Shown: positions 7,648-15,940 of the stretch, piece by piece
How the letters are laid out: every line of letters begins with the position of its first letter
Position numbering within the stretch: the first letter of the stretch is position 1
DNA from: Bellilinea caldifistulae
Lineage (GTDB): Bacteria > Chloroflexota > Anaerolineae > Anaerolineales > Anaerolineaceae
DNA: 32,000 nucleotides
Direction: 5' to 3'
NCBI RefSeq assembly: GCF_001306055.1
Contig: NZ_LGHJ01000029.1
Coordinates: 30,001-62,000 of the forward strand
Notes under the pieces: generated by a model
Database searches by the model: none
The model's input: only the letters and a program-made list of their open reading frames with translations
What the model was told of the DNA's origin: nothing
Position numbers and translations under genes: made by a program

Positions 7648-10464
7648 ATGGCTAAAATTCCACTACGTGCCTATAACCGTGAAATTGAGGCGATGATTGA
7701 TCGCGGTGAATCAACTGCCGCTATTGCTCACTGTCGTCACATTCTCAAGTATTACCCCAAGCACATAGACACCTACCGCCTCTTAGGAAAAGCTTACCTT
7801 GAATCTCAGCGTTATGCCGAAGCTGCCGACGTACTCCAGCGTATCCTTTCAGCCGTCCCGGATGACTTCATCTCACAAATCGGCATGAGTATCATCCGAG
7901 AGGATGAAGGTAATCTGGACGCTGCCATCTGGCATATGGAAAGAGCTTTTGAAGCCCAGCCTTCAAACACTGCGGTTCAAGACGAGCTCCGCCGTTTATT
8001 CGGTAGACGAGATGGCGTCGAACCTCCCAAAATCCGGCTGACACGCGGGGCGCTCGTTCGCATGTACGCACGTGGAGAATTGTACCAGCAAGCCATTGCA
8101 GAAATCCGCGCTGCACTTGCAGAAGATCCCTTGCGGGTTGATCTGGAAGTCATTTTGGCCCGCATGTACTTCCTTTCCGGCCAGACAGTGGCTGCTATCG
8201 AGGTGTGTAGTCGGCTGATCTCCAAGCTCCCCTACTGTTTTGAAGCCAATCGAATCTTAGCCGAAACTCTCCCTCAAACCTCCCGAGCCGAAGATGCAAA
8301 AATTTATCAACAACGCGTCTTTGCAATGGATCCTTACCTGGCTTACCTGCCTCCCAATGCCATCAGCAGCCTGGAAGTGCCCGACAACGCCGTTACCCTC
8401 GACCGGCTGGAAATCGAAACCATCGAGGAAGAAGCCGCCTTCCCTGAATGGGCGCAAACCGCTGGTGTGGAATTTAAGAGCGAGGAGGAGCAACCATTGC
8501 CGGATTGGTTTTCTGAAATTAAGCCAACCGACTTACCCCAGGAACCCCCGCCGGTAACCACTATCGCCCCGGAAATGCCTCCACCACTCCAGGAAGTAAC
8601 ACCCGCACCTATTGAAACTCCCATTCCCGAAATCTCTGAGGAAGAGACTATTCCCGAATGGATGAGAGAAGCCGGCTGGACTCCTGCCGAAAAAGTGGAT
8701 GAAACCGTAGAGGCTGGATTTAACCTCCCGGATGAAGATCTGGAAATTGGAGAAATACCCGAATGGCTGCAAGAAATTGCTCCAGAAGAGACATTGCTTG
8801 AAGAAACGACATCAGAAGAAAACGTCGCATGGCTGGAGCAAATTCTCCCGACTGAGGAGGAAACCCCTACCGAGAAAACCCCGGAAATCCAATTGACGGA
8901 GAAATCCCAACCGACAGAAGAAATGCCGACGCTGGCGGCAGAACCCCTCGAAAGCTCTGAGCTTGAAATGCCCTTCTCTTCCCCATTCGCCACGGAGGAA
9001 GAAACCGCTGCAGCAGAATCCGAAACTGAGGGCGGGTTAGAAACAGAACCTGACTGGCTGAAAGACCTCGGTTCGCTTGGGGAAGAGACCCCCCAAACCC
9101 AAGCCGAAACTTCACTGGCTGAGGCACCTTCTCCCGATGAAAATGAATTGGAATCACTCCAGGAATTACCTTCCATTGGTACATCGGACGAAACCGCTTC
9201 TCAAGATGTTCCAGATTTGGAAGACCTGGATGCTACCATGGCCTGGTTGGAAAGTCTGGCAGCCCGACAGGGAGCTGATGAAGCCACCCTTTTAACTCCA
9301 CCCGAAGAGCGACTCGAAACCCCGCCGGATTGGATTCAATCCCTCGTGGAAGAAACACCGGAATTTCCCGAAACAGAATCGGGAGGTGAAGAAATGCCCC
9401 GTGTTGATCAAAGCCAACAGGAGACCATTCCATCGTTCCTTTCCGAGGAAAATTTAGTAAAACAGGGGATTGAAACTGGTGAGTCATTCCTTCAAATGGA
9501 AAATTTCGAAGAAATTGAAGAAGGCGCAACGGAGCAGCCTGCCACAGGTTCAGCCCCAGAACCATTACCGGATTGGCTGATGGAATCATTGCAAGAGGAA
9601 GAAACCTCCTTCGAAACATCATCTGAAACCACCGAGAAACCCCCGCTCGAGGAAGATACAGAAATAGGTTTCGCCCCCAGTGTTGCATCGGACGCAGAGG
9701 AACCGGCAGATGAAGATGCTGCCTTTGCATGGTTGGAAAGTCTAGCAGCGAAACAAGGTGCTGCTGAAGAAACCCTTTTGACAAAACCCGAAGAGCGTCA
9801 GGAAGATCTGCCAGAATGGGTTCGAGAAGAATTACATCCCGATGAAAGTTTTGAGGCCGTCAGCAAAACGGAAGCCACGATTGAATCCGAAAGCACCTCA
9901 ATACCTGCCGAATCACCAGAAGAAGCCGAACCCATTGAAGACACCCAACCAATTCACCTGAAAGCAGCTGCACCTTCAACACCTGAAACGGAAAGGGCAC
10001 CGTTGGGTGAATCCAGTGATGAATCACATTCTTTGACTGGCGAGGAAGATGTACCACCCTGGTTGAAAGATCTTGAAGAAGGGGAAACCGAAACGGAACA
10101 GCCGTCAATACCCTCGGATTGGGTGCCAGAATATGAAACACCGCCCGTCGAAACACCCCCCATCGAAATTGAGGAACCCCAACCAGAATCTTCGGTAATG
10201 GAAACCGGTAGCCACGCAGAACTCTTAGCCATGGCGCAGTCGGCACTCCAATCTCACAACCTCGAAAAAGCCCTGCAAGCCTATAATCAGCTGATCAAGG
10301 ACGGGCAGTACCTGGAAGAAACAATTCATGACTTGAGAGATGCCCTTTACCGATACCCGATTGATATCTCCATCTGGCAAACACTGGGTGATGCATACTT
10401 ACGCAGCAACCGCTTACAGGAAGCACTCGAAGCCTATACCAAAGCAGAAGAATTGCTGCGATAA
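7648..10464 (+). CDS. TPR-repeat protein with a long polyacidic E/P/T-rich central region
   Basis: Start set to ATG 7648 after GGGAGG (7636-7641). Both termini show TPR-like repeats (AIAHCRHILKYYPKHIDTYRLLGKAYLESQRYAEAADVLQRIL...; ...WQTLGDAYLRSNRLQEALEAYTKAEELL). The core (about 8400-10200) is low complexity with reiterated P-[DE]-W motifs. Confidence 0.85.
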   Translation: MAKIPLRAYNREIEAMIDRGESTAAIAHCRHILKYYPKHIDTYRLLGKAYLESQRYAEAADVLQRILSAVPDDFISQIGMSIIREDEGNLDAAIWHMERAFEAQPSNTAVQDELRRLFGRRDGVEPPKIRLTRGALVRMYARGELYQQAIAEIRAALAEDPLRVDLEVILARMYFLSGQTVAAIEVCSRLISKLPYCFEANRILAETLPQTSRAEDAKIYQQRVFAMDPYLAYLPPNAISSLEVPDNAVTLDRLEIETIEEEAAFPEWAQTAGVEFKSEEEQPLPDWFSEIKPTDLPQEPPPVTTIAPEMPPPLQEVTPAPIETPIPEISEEETIPEWMREAGWTPAEKVDETVEAGFNLPDEDLEIGEIPEWLQEIAPEETLLEETTSEENVAWLEQILPTEEETPTEKTPEIQLTEKSQPTEEMPTLAAEPLESSELEMPFSSPFATEEETAAAESETEGGLETEPDWLKDLGSLGEETPQTQAETSLAEAPSPDENELESLQELPSIGTSDETASQDVPDLEDLDATMAWLESLAARQGADEATLLTPPEERLETPPDWIQSLVEETPEFPETESGGEEMPRVDQSQQETIPSFLSEENLVKQGIETGESFLQMENFEEIEEGATEQPATGSAPEPLPDWLMESLQEEETSFETSSETTEKPPLEEDTEIGFAPSVASDAEEPADEDAAFAWLESLAAKQGAAEETLLTKPEERQEDLPEWVREELHPDESFEAVSKTEATIESESTSIPAESPEEAEPIEDTQPIHLKAAAPSTPETERAPLGESSDESHSLTGEEDVPPWLKDLEEGETETEQPSIPSDWVPEYETPPVETPPIEIEEPQPESSVMETGSHAELLAMAQSALQSHNLEKALQAYNQLIKDGQYLEETIHDLRDALYRYPIDISIWQTLGDAYLRSNRLQEALEAYTKAEELLR
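9229..9333 (+). repeat. Internal duplicated module, copy 1 (D-ATMAWLESLAARQGADEATLLTPPEERLETPPDW)
   Basis: Clearly similar at DNA and protein level to 9712-9816, for example gcctggttggaaagtctggcagc... versus gcatggttggaaagtctagcagc... Confidence 0.8.
9712..9816 (+). repeat. Internal duplicated module, copy 2 (DAAFAWLESLAAKQGAAEETLLTKPEERQEDLPEW)
   Basis: Partner of 9229-9333. Both copies are in the same reading frame of the TPR gene. Confidence 0.8.
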
Positions 10465-10487
10465 AATTTTATACTTTGGAGGACATT

Positions 10488-10943
10488 GTGGAACGCACTT
10501 TTGTACTTGCAAAACCCGATGCGGTGCAACGAGGTTTAATTGGGGAGATCATCAAACGTCTTGAGCAGCGCGGGTTAAAATTAGTGGCTGCAAAATTCTT
10601 ACAGGTATCCACCGACCTTGCAGAACAGCATTATGCCATTCACAAAGGAAAACCTTTTTATGAGGGGTTGATTCGCTACATTTGTTCCGCGCCGGTCATG
10701 GCCATGGTTTGGGAAGGGCCACAAGCAGTTACTGCCGTTCGTCAAACCATGGGAGCCACACGCCCCACCGAAGCCGCACCCGGTACTATTCGCCACGATT
10801 TTGGTTTGGAAGTGGGAAGAAACCTTACCCACGCTTCTGATAGTCCCGAAAATGCTCAGGCGGAAATTTCCCTTTGGTTCAAACCGGAAGAAATGGTGGA
10901 CTGGAAACAAAGCAATGAAACGTGGATAAGCGGCAACAACTAA
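10488..10943 (+). CDS. ndk: Nucleoside-diphosphate kinase
   Basis: ERTFVLAKPDAVQRGLIGEII, TMGATRPTEAAPGTIRHDFG and NLTHASDS (active-site His). Start set to GTG 10488, 5 nt after GGAGG (10478-10482); the track's TTG at 10476 overlaps the SD. Confidence 0.95.
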   Translation: MERTFVLAKPDAVQRGLIGEIIKRLEQRGLKLVAAKFLQVSTDLAEQHYAIHKGKPFYEGLIRYICSAPVMAMVWEGPQAVTAVRQTMGATRPTEAAPGTIRHDFGLEVGRNLTHASDSPENAQAEISLWFKPEEMVDWKQSNETWISGNN

Positions 10944-11011
10944 TGGTATAATTTATCCCATCAAGCGATGAGGCTCGCTGGGTCTTAACCATACCGCCAC
11001 AAAAGGCTGAT

Positions 11012-11055
11012 AGCCTCTGATGATAAAGTGTTATCGTCAGAGGCTGTTTATTTTT
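11012..11055 (+). terminator. Rho-independent terminator after ndk
   Basis: 15-bp stem AGCCTCTGATGATAA / TTATCGTCAGAGGCT (one G-U pair), 4-nt loop, followed by GTTTATTTTT. Confidence 0.9.
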
Positions 11056-11067
11056 ACGAGGTGAGAA

Positions 11068-11226
11068 ATGGACAATTCAGGTCAATCAATTGCTGAAACC
11101 AACCCGTTAAACGAAGCTCAAAAGCGCTATCTGAGTGCTTCTCTGGTCACTATGGAGAAAATCTCTGGGCGAGTATTATTTCTTATAAGCAATAATACTC
11201 ACAATGAATTTTTTCCAAACGGATGA
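11068..11226 (+). CDS. Hypothetical small protein (52 codons), possibly the 5' part of a frameshifted ORF of about 76 aa
   Basis: ATG 11068 lies 5 nt after GAGGTG. It translates MDNSGQSIAETNPLNEAQKRYLSASLVTMEKISGRVLFLISNNTHNEFFPNG*. The +1 frame continues protein-like (..FFQTDDDIIEKTSAILKQQANAILNNFQE*) to TAA 11297-11299. The switch point is a T6 run at 11209-11214. Confidence 0.3.
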   Translation: MDNSGQSIAETNPLNEAQKRYLSASLVTMEKISGRVLFLISNNTHNEFFPNG

Positions 11227-11301
11227 CGACATTATAGAGAAAACCTCAGCAATCCTGAAACAACAAGCAAACGCCATTTTGAATAACTTCCAGGAATAAA
11301 C

Positions 11302-11721
11302 ATGCTTACCTTCTACTGCCCCAAGTGCTGGCAAGTTGTTAATGAGAAGGAAAAGACCTGCCCGCATTGCGGTTTTTCGTTGGAAAAATTATCAAATCAA
11401 GAATACGATCAAAAACTTTTAGATGCGCTTCATCACACAATTCCTGAACGCCGGATGATTGCAGCTCAAATTTTGGGGAATCTCGAGATTCAGCAGGCAG
11501 TCCCGATATTTAAACAAATTCTTGCGAGCGAAGTAGAAGACTACTACTTTTTGCGCACAATTTTAATTTCCTTAGCCAAAATTGATCACCCGGAACGAAT
11601 GGAAATTATCGAAAACGCTACCCACCACACATCCAATCTGGTATGCTCCTTTGCCCGGAAAATTTTAAAAAAATTAAACGAAAACCAACCGATTGAGACA
11701 TGGGATGAATTTTCAGGGTAA
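11302..11721 (+). CDS. Zinc-ribbon plus HEAT-like repeat protein (hypothetical)
   Basis: N-terminal CPKC-N11-CPHC zinc ribbon, then helical repeats resembling HEAT/PBS-lyase type (RRMIAAQILGNLEIQQAVPIFKQIL...). ATG 11302 begins 3 nt after the stop of the +1-frame small ORF. Confidence 0.65.
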   Translation: MLTFYCPKCWQVVNEKEKTCPHCGFSLEKLSNQEYDQKLLDALHHTIPERRMIAAQILGNLEIQQAVPIFKQILASEVEDYYFLRTILISLAKIDHPERMEIIENATHHTSNLVCSFARKILKKLNENQPIETWDEFSG

Positions 11722-11764
11722 CCTCAACTCACCGTTTAGTTCACCGGTAAATACAAAGTTTTTC

Positions 11765-11793
11765 TTGACGGAAAAGGGACTTTGTGATAATAT
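11765..11793 (+). promoter_or_regulatory. Near-consensus sigma-70 promoter of tRNA-Asp
   Basis: TTGACG(11765-11770), 17-nt spacer, TAATAT(11788-11793), with TG at 11785-11786 (extended -10 spacing). The tRNA 5' end lies 13 nt downstream. Confidence 0.7.
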
Positions 11794-11805
11794 TGGCGCG
11801 TTCGT

Positions 11806-11881
11806 GGGGGCGTGGTGTAGTGGTTAACATGCGGCCCTGTCAAGGCCGAGACCGCGGGTTCGAATCCCGTCGCTCCCGCCA
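11806..11881 (+). tRNA. tRNA-Asp (anticodon GTC), CCA encoded
   Basis: A manual cloverleaf fits. Acceptor GGGGGCG/CGCTCCC (one G-U pair), D arm GTGT-AGTGGTTA-ACAT, anticodon arm CGGCC-CTGTCAA-GGCCG, T arm GCGGG-TTCGAAT-CCCGT, discriminator G, CCA. Total 76 nt. Confidence 0.93.
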
Positions 11882-11897
11882 CGAATACTTCAAAAAG

Positions 11898-11917
11898 GCC
11901 GCTCTGCGGCTTTTTTT
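11898..11917 (+). terminator. Short intrinsic terminator after tRNA-Asp
   Basis: GCCGC-TCT-GCGGC followed by T7 (11911-11917). The upstream A5 tract can extend the stem. Confidence 0.6.
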
Positions 11918-11924
11918 GTTCTCT

Positions 11925-11950
11925 CTTCCTGATCAGGCTGGATCAGGAAG
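11925..11950 (+). promoter_or_regulatory. Perfect 10-bp hairpin / inverted repeat in the leader of the MFS gene
   Basis: CTTCCTGATC(11925-11934), 6-nt loop, GATCAGGAAG(11941-11950), followed by CATCTTTTCC. It lies between the tRNA terminator and the SD AAGGAG (11963-11968). Confidence 0.4.
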
Positions 11951-11978
11951 CATCTTTTCCAAAAGGAGAATCATCCTC

Positions 11979-13196
11979 ATGGCAACCACTTCACCCTCAA
12001 AAAATCCGGCATCCCGCACTCGTGCCATCCATTTTATTCTACTCTTTGGTCTGGTCAGCGCGCTGGGCGATATAACCTATGAGACCGGCCGAGGCGTAAG
12101 CGGGGCCTTTCTGGCTTTCCTTGGGGCAAGTGCAACTTCCATTGGATTGGTTTCAGGCTTAGGGGAATTCCTCGGGTACGGATTAAGACTGGTCTCCGGT
12201 TATCTTGCTTCACGCACACGCGCATATTGGGTTGCAACTTTTTTAGGTTACGGGCTATTGATCAGCATTCCTCTCCTTGCTTATACCAATCGGTGGGAAA
12301 TTGCCGCAATTTTTCTCATTCTGGAACGAATTGGTAAAGCCGTCCGCTCACCAGCAAAGGACACCATGCTCTCTCACGCCAGCTATCAAGTTGGACGCGG
12401 TTGGGGATTTGGAATACACGAAGCCCTGGATCAGGTTGGGGCTTTTTTAGGTCCGCTAATTTTTGCAGCAGTTTTTGCTCAACGCCAAAGTTATCGGGAT
12501 GGTTTCACAATCCTTTGGATTCCTGCCTTGCTCACCCTGTTTGCATTGCTTCTGGCAAGACTGCGCGTGCCCAACCCGGAGGAATTGGAGAATACACCAA
12601 CCACAGAGGTGGAAGTCAATTCCCAAAAGAATTCTGCCCTGCCTCGCGTTTTCTTGTTTTATTCCGCATTTACATTTTTTAGTGTAGCGGGGTTTGCCAA
12701 TTTCCAGATTATTTCTTATCACTGGGTCACCCGGAGTATTGTACCCGCTGCCCAAATTGCCATATTTTATGCCGTGGCAATGGGAGTTGATGCTATTGCA
12801 GCATTGATTATTGGTAAAACTTACGATAAATTTGGGTTGTCATCCTTAATGGTTGTACCTCTGATTTCTCTACCCCTGCCTTTTCTGGCTTTTTCCAGTC
12901 GTTATCCGCTGGCCATTCTTGCAGCTGTCGTTTGGGGTATCATTATGGCGGTCCACGAAACGATTATGCGGGCGGCCATTGCTGATATTGTTCCGGGCGA
13001 AAAACGAGCATTTGCATATGGAATTTTCAACACTCTTTATGGCGCCGCCTGGTTTGTCAGCGGAGCATTGTTGGGCATCTTGTATGACCAGAGCCGAATC
13101 GGTCTTTTTGTCGCCATTGTAAGTCTCGAAATTCTTGCCCTGCTCACTTTTCCTTTTATTGTAAAAAGTCGCTCTCGACAACCAGAAAGCCGATGA
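11979..13196 (+). CDS. MFS-type transporter
   Basis: 405 aa with about 12 hydrophobic segments. Start set to ATG 11979 after AAGGAG, because the ORF-track start 11784 reads through the tRNA gene and both hairpins. Confidence 0.8.
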   Translation: MATTSPSKNPASRTRAIHFILLFGLVSALGDITYETGRGVSGAFLAFLGASATSIGLVSGLGEFLGYGLRLVSGYLASRTRAYWVATFLGYGLLISIPLLAYTNRWEIAAIFLILERIGKAVRSPAKDTMLSHASYQVGRGWGFGIHEALDQVGAFLGPLIFAAVFAQRQSYRDGFTILWIPALLTLFALLLARLRVPNPEELENTPTTEVEVNSQKNSALPRVFLFYSAFTFFSVAGFANFQIISYHWVTRSIVPAAQIAIFYAVAMGVDAIAALIIGKTYDKFGLSSLMVVPLISLPLPFLAFSSRYPLAILAAVVWGIIMAVHETIMRAAIADIVPGEKRAFAYGIFNTLYGAAWFVSGALLGILYDQSRIGLFVAIVSLEILALLTFPFIVKSRSRQPESR

Positions 13197-13216
13197 GGGT
13201 AGCCAAAAAATAAAAT

Positions 13217-13252
13217 AAAACGCCTTCGGTCACTTCGAGTCGAAGGCGTTTT
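13217..13252. terminator. Bidirectional intrinsic terminator (MFS / epimerase convergent pair)
   Basis: 12-bp stem AAAACGCCTTCG / CGAAGGCGTTTT including A/T flanks, 12-nt loop. Confidence 0.8.
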
Positions 13253-13272
13253 ACCGACCAAGGATAAAATTT

Positions 13273-14313
13273 TTAGAAGAAAACCTTGGCAACTTTCAAA
13301 GCTTTTTGCTTCCAGGGCACGCGATGGGTAACTCCTGCTTCACCTTCTTTGAAGGTGTCTTTGTTGGCCAGGTACCAGCGATAATTACGTAACAAGGCTT
13401 CTTTATTAGAATACTTGGGTTGAAACCCCAGTATTTTTTGAGCTTTTTCAATCGAAACAAATGAATCCTTTGAGGCTGTCTCGTAAATCCAAGGGTACAA
13501 AGGAGATAATTTCAGCACTTCTAGCACCTTCAGCGCCAGCACCACCGGACCTGCCGGAAAGGGAATGATTCGTTTGCCAAAACCGGCTTCGTCCAGAACG
13601 GCCTGATAATCTTCCCTCATGGTGGTAAATTCTGCGGCGCCGATATTAAAGGTGTCATTCACCCGTTCCTTTTCTAGGGTCATACAGGCGTAAATTGCGT
13701 CACACAGGTCTTCCACATCGAGCAGCTGATAACGATTATTTCCAGACCCAATCATTGGAAAATTTTTACCTTCGCTGGCCCACTCATAGAAAATAGCAAA
13801 AACCCCCAAACGCTCCGGCCCAATAAAAGACTTTGGGCGTAATATCGGCACACACATTCCCTTTTGGCGGTATTCGAGACAAATTTCCTCAGCCTGAATT
13901 TTGGCTTTCCCATAAGGCCCAACCCCAATGAGCGGATCAGTTTCAAATAATGGGTGATGATCCGGTACACCATAAACCGCCGTACTGGAAATATGGATAA
14001 ACCGCTTAACACCGTATTCCAGAGCCTGCTGCAGGACAATACGCGTTCCCTCCACATCCGTGGAGTAAATCTCTTCAGGGGTGTAGAGAGGTAGTGCAGC
14101 AGCAGTATGAATAACCACGTCTGCACCTGCCATACTCTTTCGTACATCCTCTGGATTGCGAATATCCCCTTGTAAAAAAGTTATTTTATCTCTTTCGGGA
14201 TATGTAAAATCTACCAGATCAATCCCCGCAATATTGGTATAACCGCGTTCAAGTAAATAACGCACCAGGTTAATGCTCAAAAACCCGCTGATTCCCGTGA
14301 TGTAAACCTTCAT
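13273..14313 (-). CDS. NAD-dependent epimerase/dehydratase (extended SDR)
   Basis: N-terminal Rossmann motif [15 protein letters not shown], catalytic YxxxK ([10 protein letters not shown]), 346 aa. Confidence 0.9.
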   Translation of the reverse strand: MKVYITGISGFLSINLVRYLLERGYTNIAGIDLVDFTYPERDKITFLQGDIRNPEDVRKSMAGADVVIHTAAALPLYTPEEIYSTDVEGTRIVLQQALEYGVKRFIHISSTAVYGVPDHHPLFETDPLIGVGPYGKAKIQAEEICLEYRQKGMCVPILRPKSFIGPERLGVFAIFYEWASEGKNFPMIGSGNNRYQLLDVEDLCDAIYACMTLEKERVNDTFNIGAAEFTTMREDYQAVLDEAGFGKRIIPFPAGPVVLALKVLEVLKLSPLYPWIYETASKDSFVSIEKAQKILGFQPKYSNKEALLRNYRWYLANKDTFKEGEAGVTHRVPWKQKALKVAKVFF

Positions 14314-14570
14314 GCATAACTCCTCAAGAGCAGATTTTCATTTTCCTCAAAACATTTTACCAGAAATCGGCCTGACCCTTTTTGATAAACATTTTCAGAA
14401 TAGGATTACATTTGTAATCGAATTATGTTGCCATTAATCACTTGAACATCTCAGGTTGCATGCTAACATTATATTCAATATTTTGAATGTATTTTAGAGT
14501 GCATAATCTGGATTTGGAACACTGGCATAAAGCCCAAACTCAAAATTCTTGGAAAGTGAGGATGAACAAA

Positions 14571-15173
14571 ATGGATGAAAAAGATATTCTTCAAAAAGCA
14601 CTTGAATTTCATGGACACCGCTGTTGGGCTAGCGTTGCTGGAGTGCGGGTTGGTTTAGCAGCCTTGAAAAAGCTGGGGGTTGGTCGTTCTGGTGGAACTG
14701 AATTATTCGGTATCGTTGAAATTGGTGAAGAACATGGTGGAATGTGCTTTGGAGACGGGATTCAGTACACTACCGGCTGCACTTTCGGAAAAGGAAATAT
14801 TCAAAAACAACCTGTGGGAAAACTGGCTTTTACCCTGATCGAAAAAGATACCAACCGTGCGGTTCGAGTAGTTTTTACCAGTGCATTGCAAAAACAAATT
14901 GCTGCCTCAGCTTTTATGCAAAAACGAGCAGCTGGTATCCCGCCAAATGAGATTCCTCTTGAAGAACAAATGGAATTGGTTAATCTGGTTTGGGACGCCC
15001 CCGAAGAACAAATCCTGAAAATCGGTGAGATTTATGAGTATCCAGGTAATTGGCTGCCCGAAGTAATGGGGTTTCGCCCGTGTGATTCTTGTGGTGAATT
15101 GACTGCGCTTGCATACTTAAGAGTTGATGGCAACCATCATGTGTGCATTCCCTGCTCTGGCTACGGCAGATAA
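14571..15173 (+). CDS. FmdE-family protein with C-terminal zinc ribbon
   Basis: ALEFHGHRCWASVAGVRVG, CFGDGIQYTTGCTFGKGNI, and C-terminal CDSCGE...HHVCIPC. Start chosen at ATG 14571 (GAGGA 8 nt upstream); ATG 14562 is also possible. Confidence 0.85.
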   Translation: MDEKDILQKALEFHGHRCWASVAGVRVGLAALKKLGVGRSGGTELFGIVEIGEEHGGMCFGDGIQYTTGCTFGKGNIQKQPVGKLAFTLIEKDTNRAVRVVFTSALQKQIAASAFMQKRAAGIPPNEIPLEEQMELVNLVWDAPEEQILKIGEIYEYPGNWLPEVMGFRPCDSCGELTALAYLRVDGNHHVCIPCSGYGR

Positions 15174-15177
15174 CTCC

Positions 15178-15930
15178 ATGTCATTTCAAATCTACTTGAT
15201 CAGCGCAATTCTGGTATTTGTATTTTCAGGATTGCTTGCAATGGCGGGACTTGGAGCAGCCTTTCTCTTTGTTCCTCTTTTCTATTACCTGGGAGTACCT
15301 CTGGAACAGGCAACTTCAACCGCTTTATTTTTGAATGTAATCAGCCTTCTGTTTGCAACAATCAACTACTGGCGCAGCGGGCTGGTTAATCTCAAGGTCG
15401 GTTTACCAATTCTAATCACCGCCGTTTTATTCGCTCCTCTAGGTGCGCGACTGACTTCCATAACCAACAAAACCGTGTTACTTGGTTTGTTTGCCGGATT
15501 CTTGATTTTTGCTGGCAGTATGATGCTTTTTTACCGCCCGGCTCATTCCACAAACCCCATATCCAATAATAACCTCCTGTTTTTTAGCACCCTGACCGGG
15601 GGATTCGCTGGTTTTTTGGGTGGACTGTTAGGGGTGGGTGGGGGTAATTTTGTACTGCCCTTTTTGAATTGGATTGGGTTAGAAGCAAAAATTGCCTCTG
15701 CCACAACCGCACTCGTGGTTGTGGCCTCTTCATTCTCAGGGTTTTTGGGCCATGCCACAATGCAAAATATCAATCCGGTTTTTATCAGCCTTACAGCCAT
15801 CACTGCCGCCGGCGGCTCAATCCTTGGTTCCTATCTGATGAAAAACCGGCTCACGAATACACAACTCAAAAAAATAATTGGGATCATCCTTTGGATAGTA
15901 GCCATCAAAATCATCGTAGATCTGTTTTAA
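15178..15930 (+). CDS. TSUP (TauE/SafE) family anion permease, paralogue 1
   Basis: 250 aa with about 8 TM segments and an internal-duplication pattern typical of TauE/SafE (GLGAAFLFVPL..., GGLLGVGGGNFVLPFL). ATG 15178 lies 4 nt after the FmdE stop. Confidence 0.85.
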   Translation: MSFQIYLISAILVFVFSGLLAMAGLGAAFLFVPLFYYLGVPLEQATSTALFLNVISLLFATINYWRSGLVNLKVGLPILITAVLFAPLGARLTSITNKTVLLGLFAGFLIFAGSMMLFYRPAHSTNPISNNNLLFFSTLTGGFAGFLGGLLGVGGGNFVLPFLNWIGLEAKIASATTALVVVASSFSGFLGHATMQNINPVFISLTAITAAGGSILGSYLMKNRLTNTQLKKIIGIILWIVAIKIIVDLF

Positions 15931-15940
15931 GGAGGAAAAC

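Noticed and set aside
8343-9176. 277-aa Ser-rich ORF on the minus strand, plus other 80-180-aa antisense or off-frame ORFs at 7892-10246.
   Set aside because: These are shadow ORFs of the GAA/GAG-rich acidic core of the TPR gene, where antisense TTC/CTC-rich frames lack stops. They are low complexity, have no SD, and are fully nested in a well-supported gene.
10944-11055. Perfect extended -10 (TGGTATAAT, 10944-10952) immediately after the ndk stop. It could launch an RNA of about 95 nt ending at the ndk terminator.
   Set aside because: No -35 hexamer is present. An 8-specified-base match is expected about once by chance in 32 kb on two strands, so this is most simply the ndk 3' UTR. It is worth a look only if RNA-seq shows a discrete start.
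11784-11978. N-terminal 65 codons of the ORF-track MFS ORF.
   Set aside because: This stretch reads through the tRNA-Asp gene and two hairpins. A proper AAGGAG-ATG start exists at 11979.
11806-13196. tRNA-Asp as a possible integration hotspot or genomic-island border.
   Set aside because: No integrase is present, I could find no direct repeat of the tRNA 3' end downstream, and the flanking genes look like ordinary chromosomal cargo.
13752-14147. 131-aa off-frame ORF inside the epimerase gene, and similar nested ORFs inside hppA, the S8 protease, AOR, the ADHs and the Gfo/Idh/MocA gene.
   Set aside because: All are nested in genes with strong family signatures. They lack translation signals and have non-protein-like composition.
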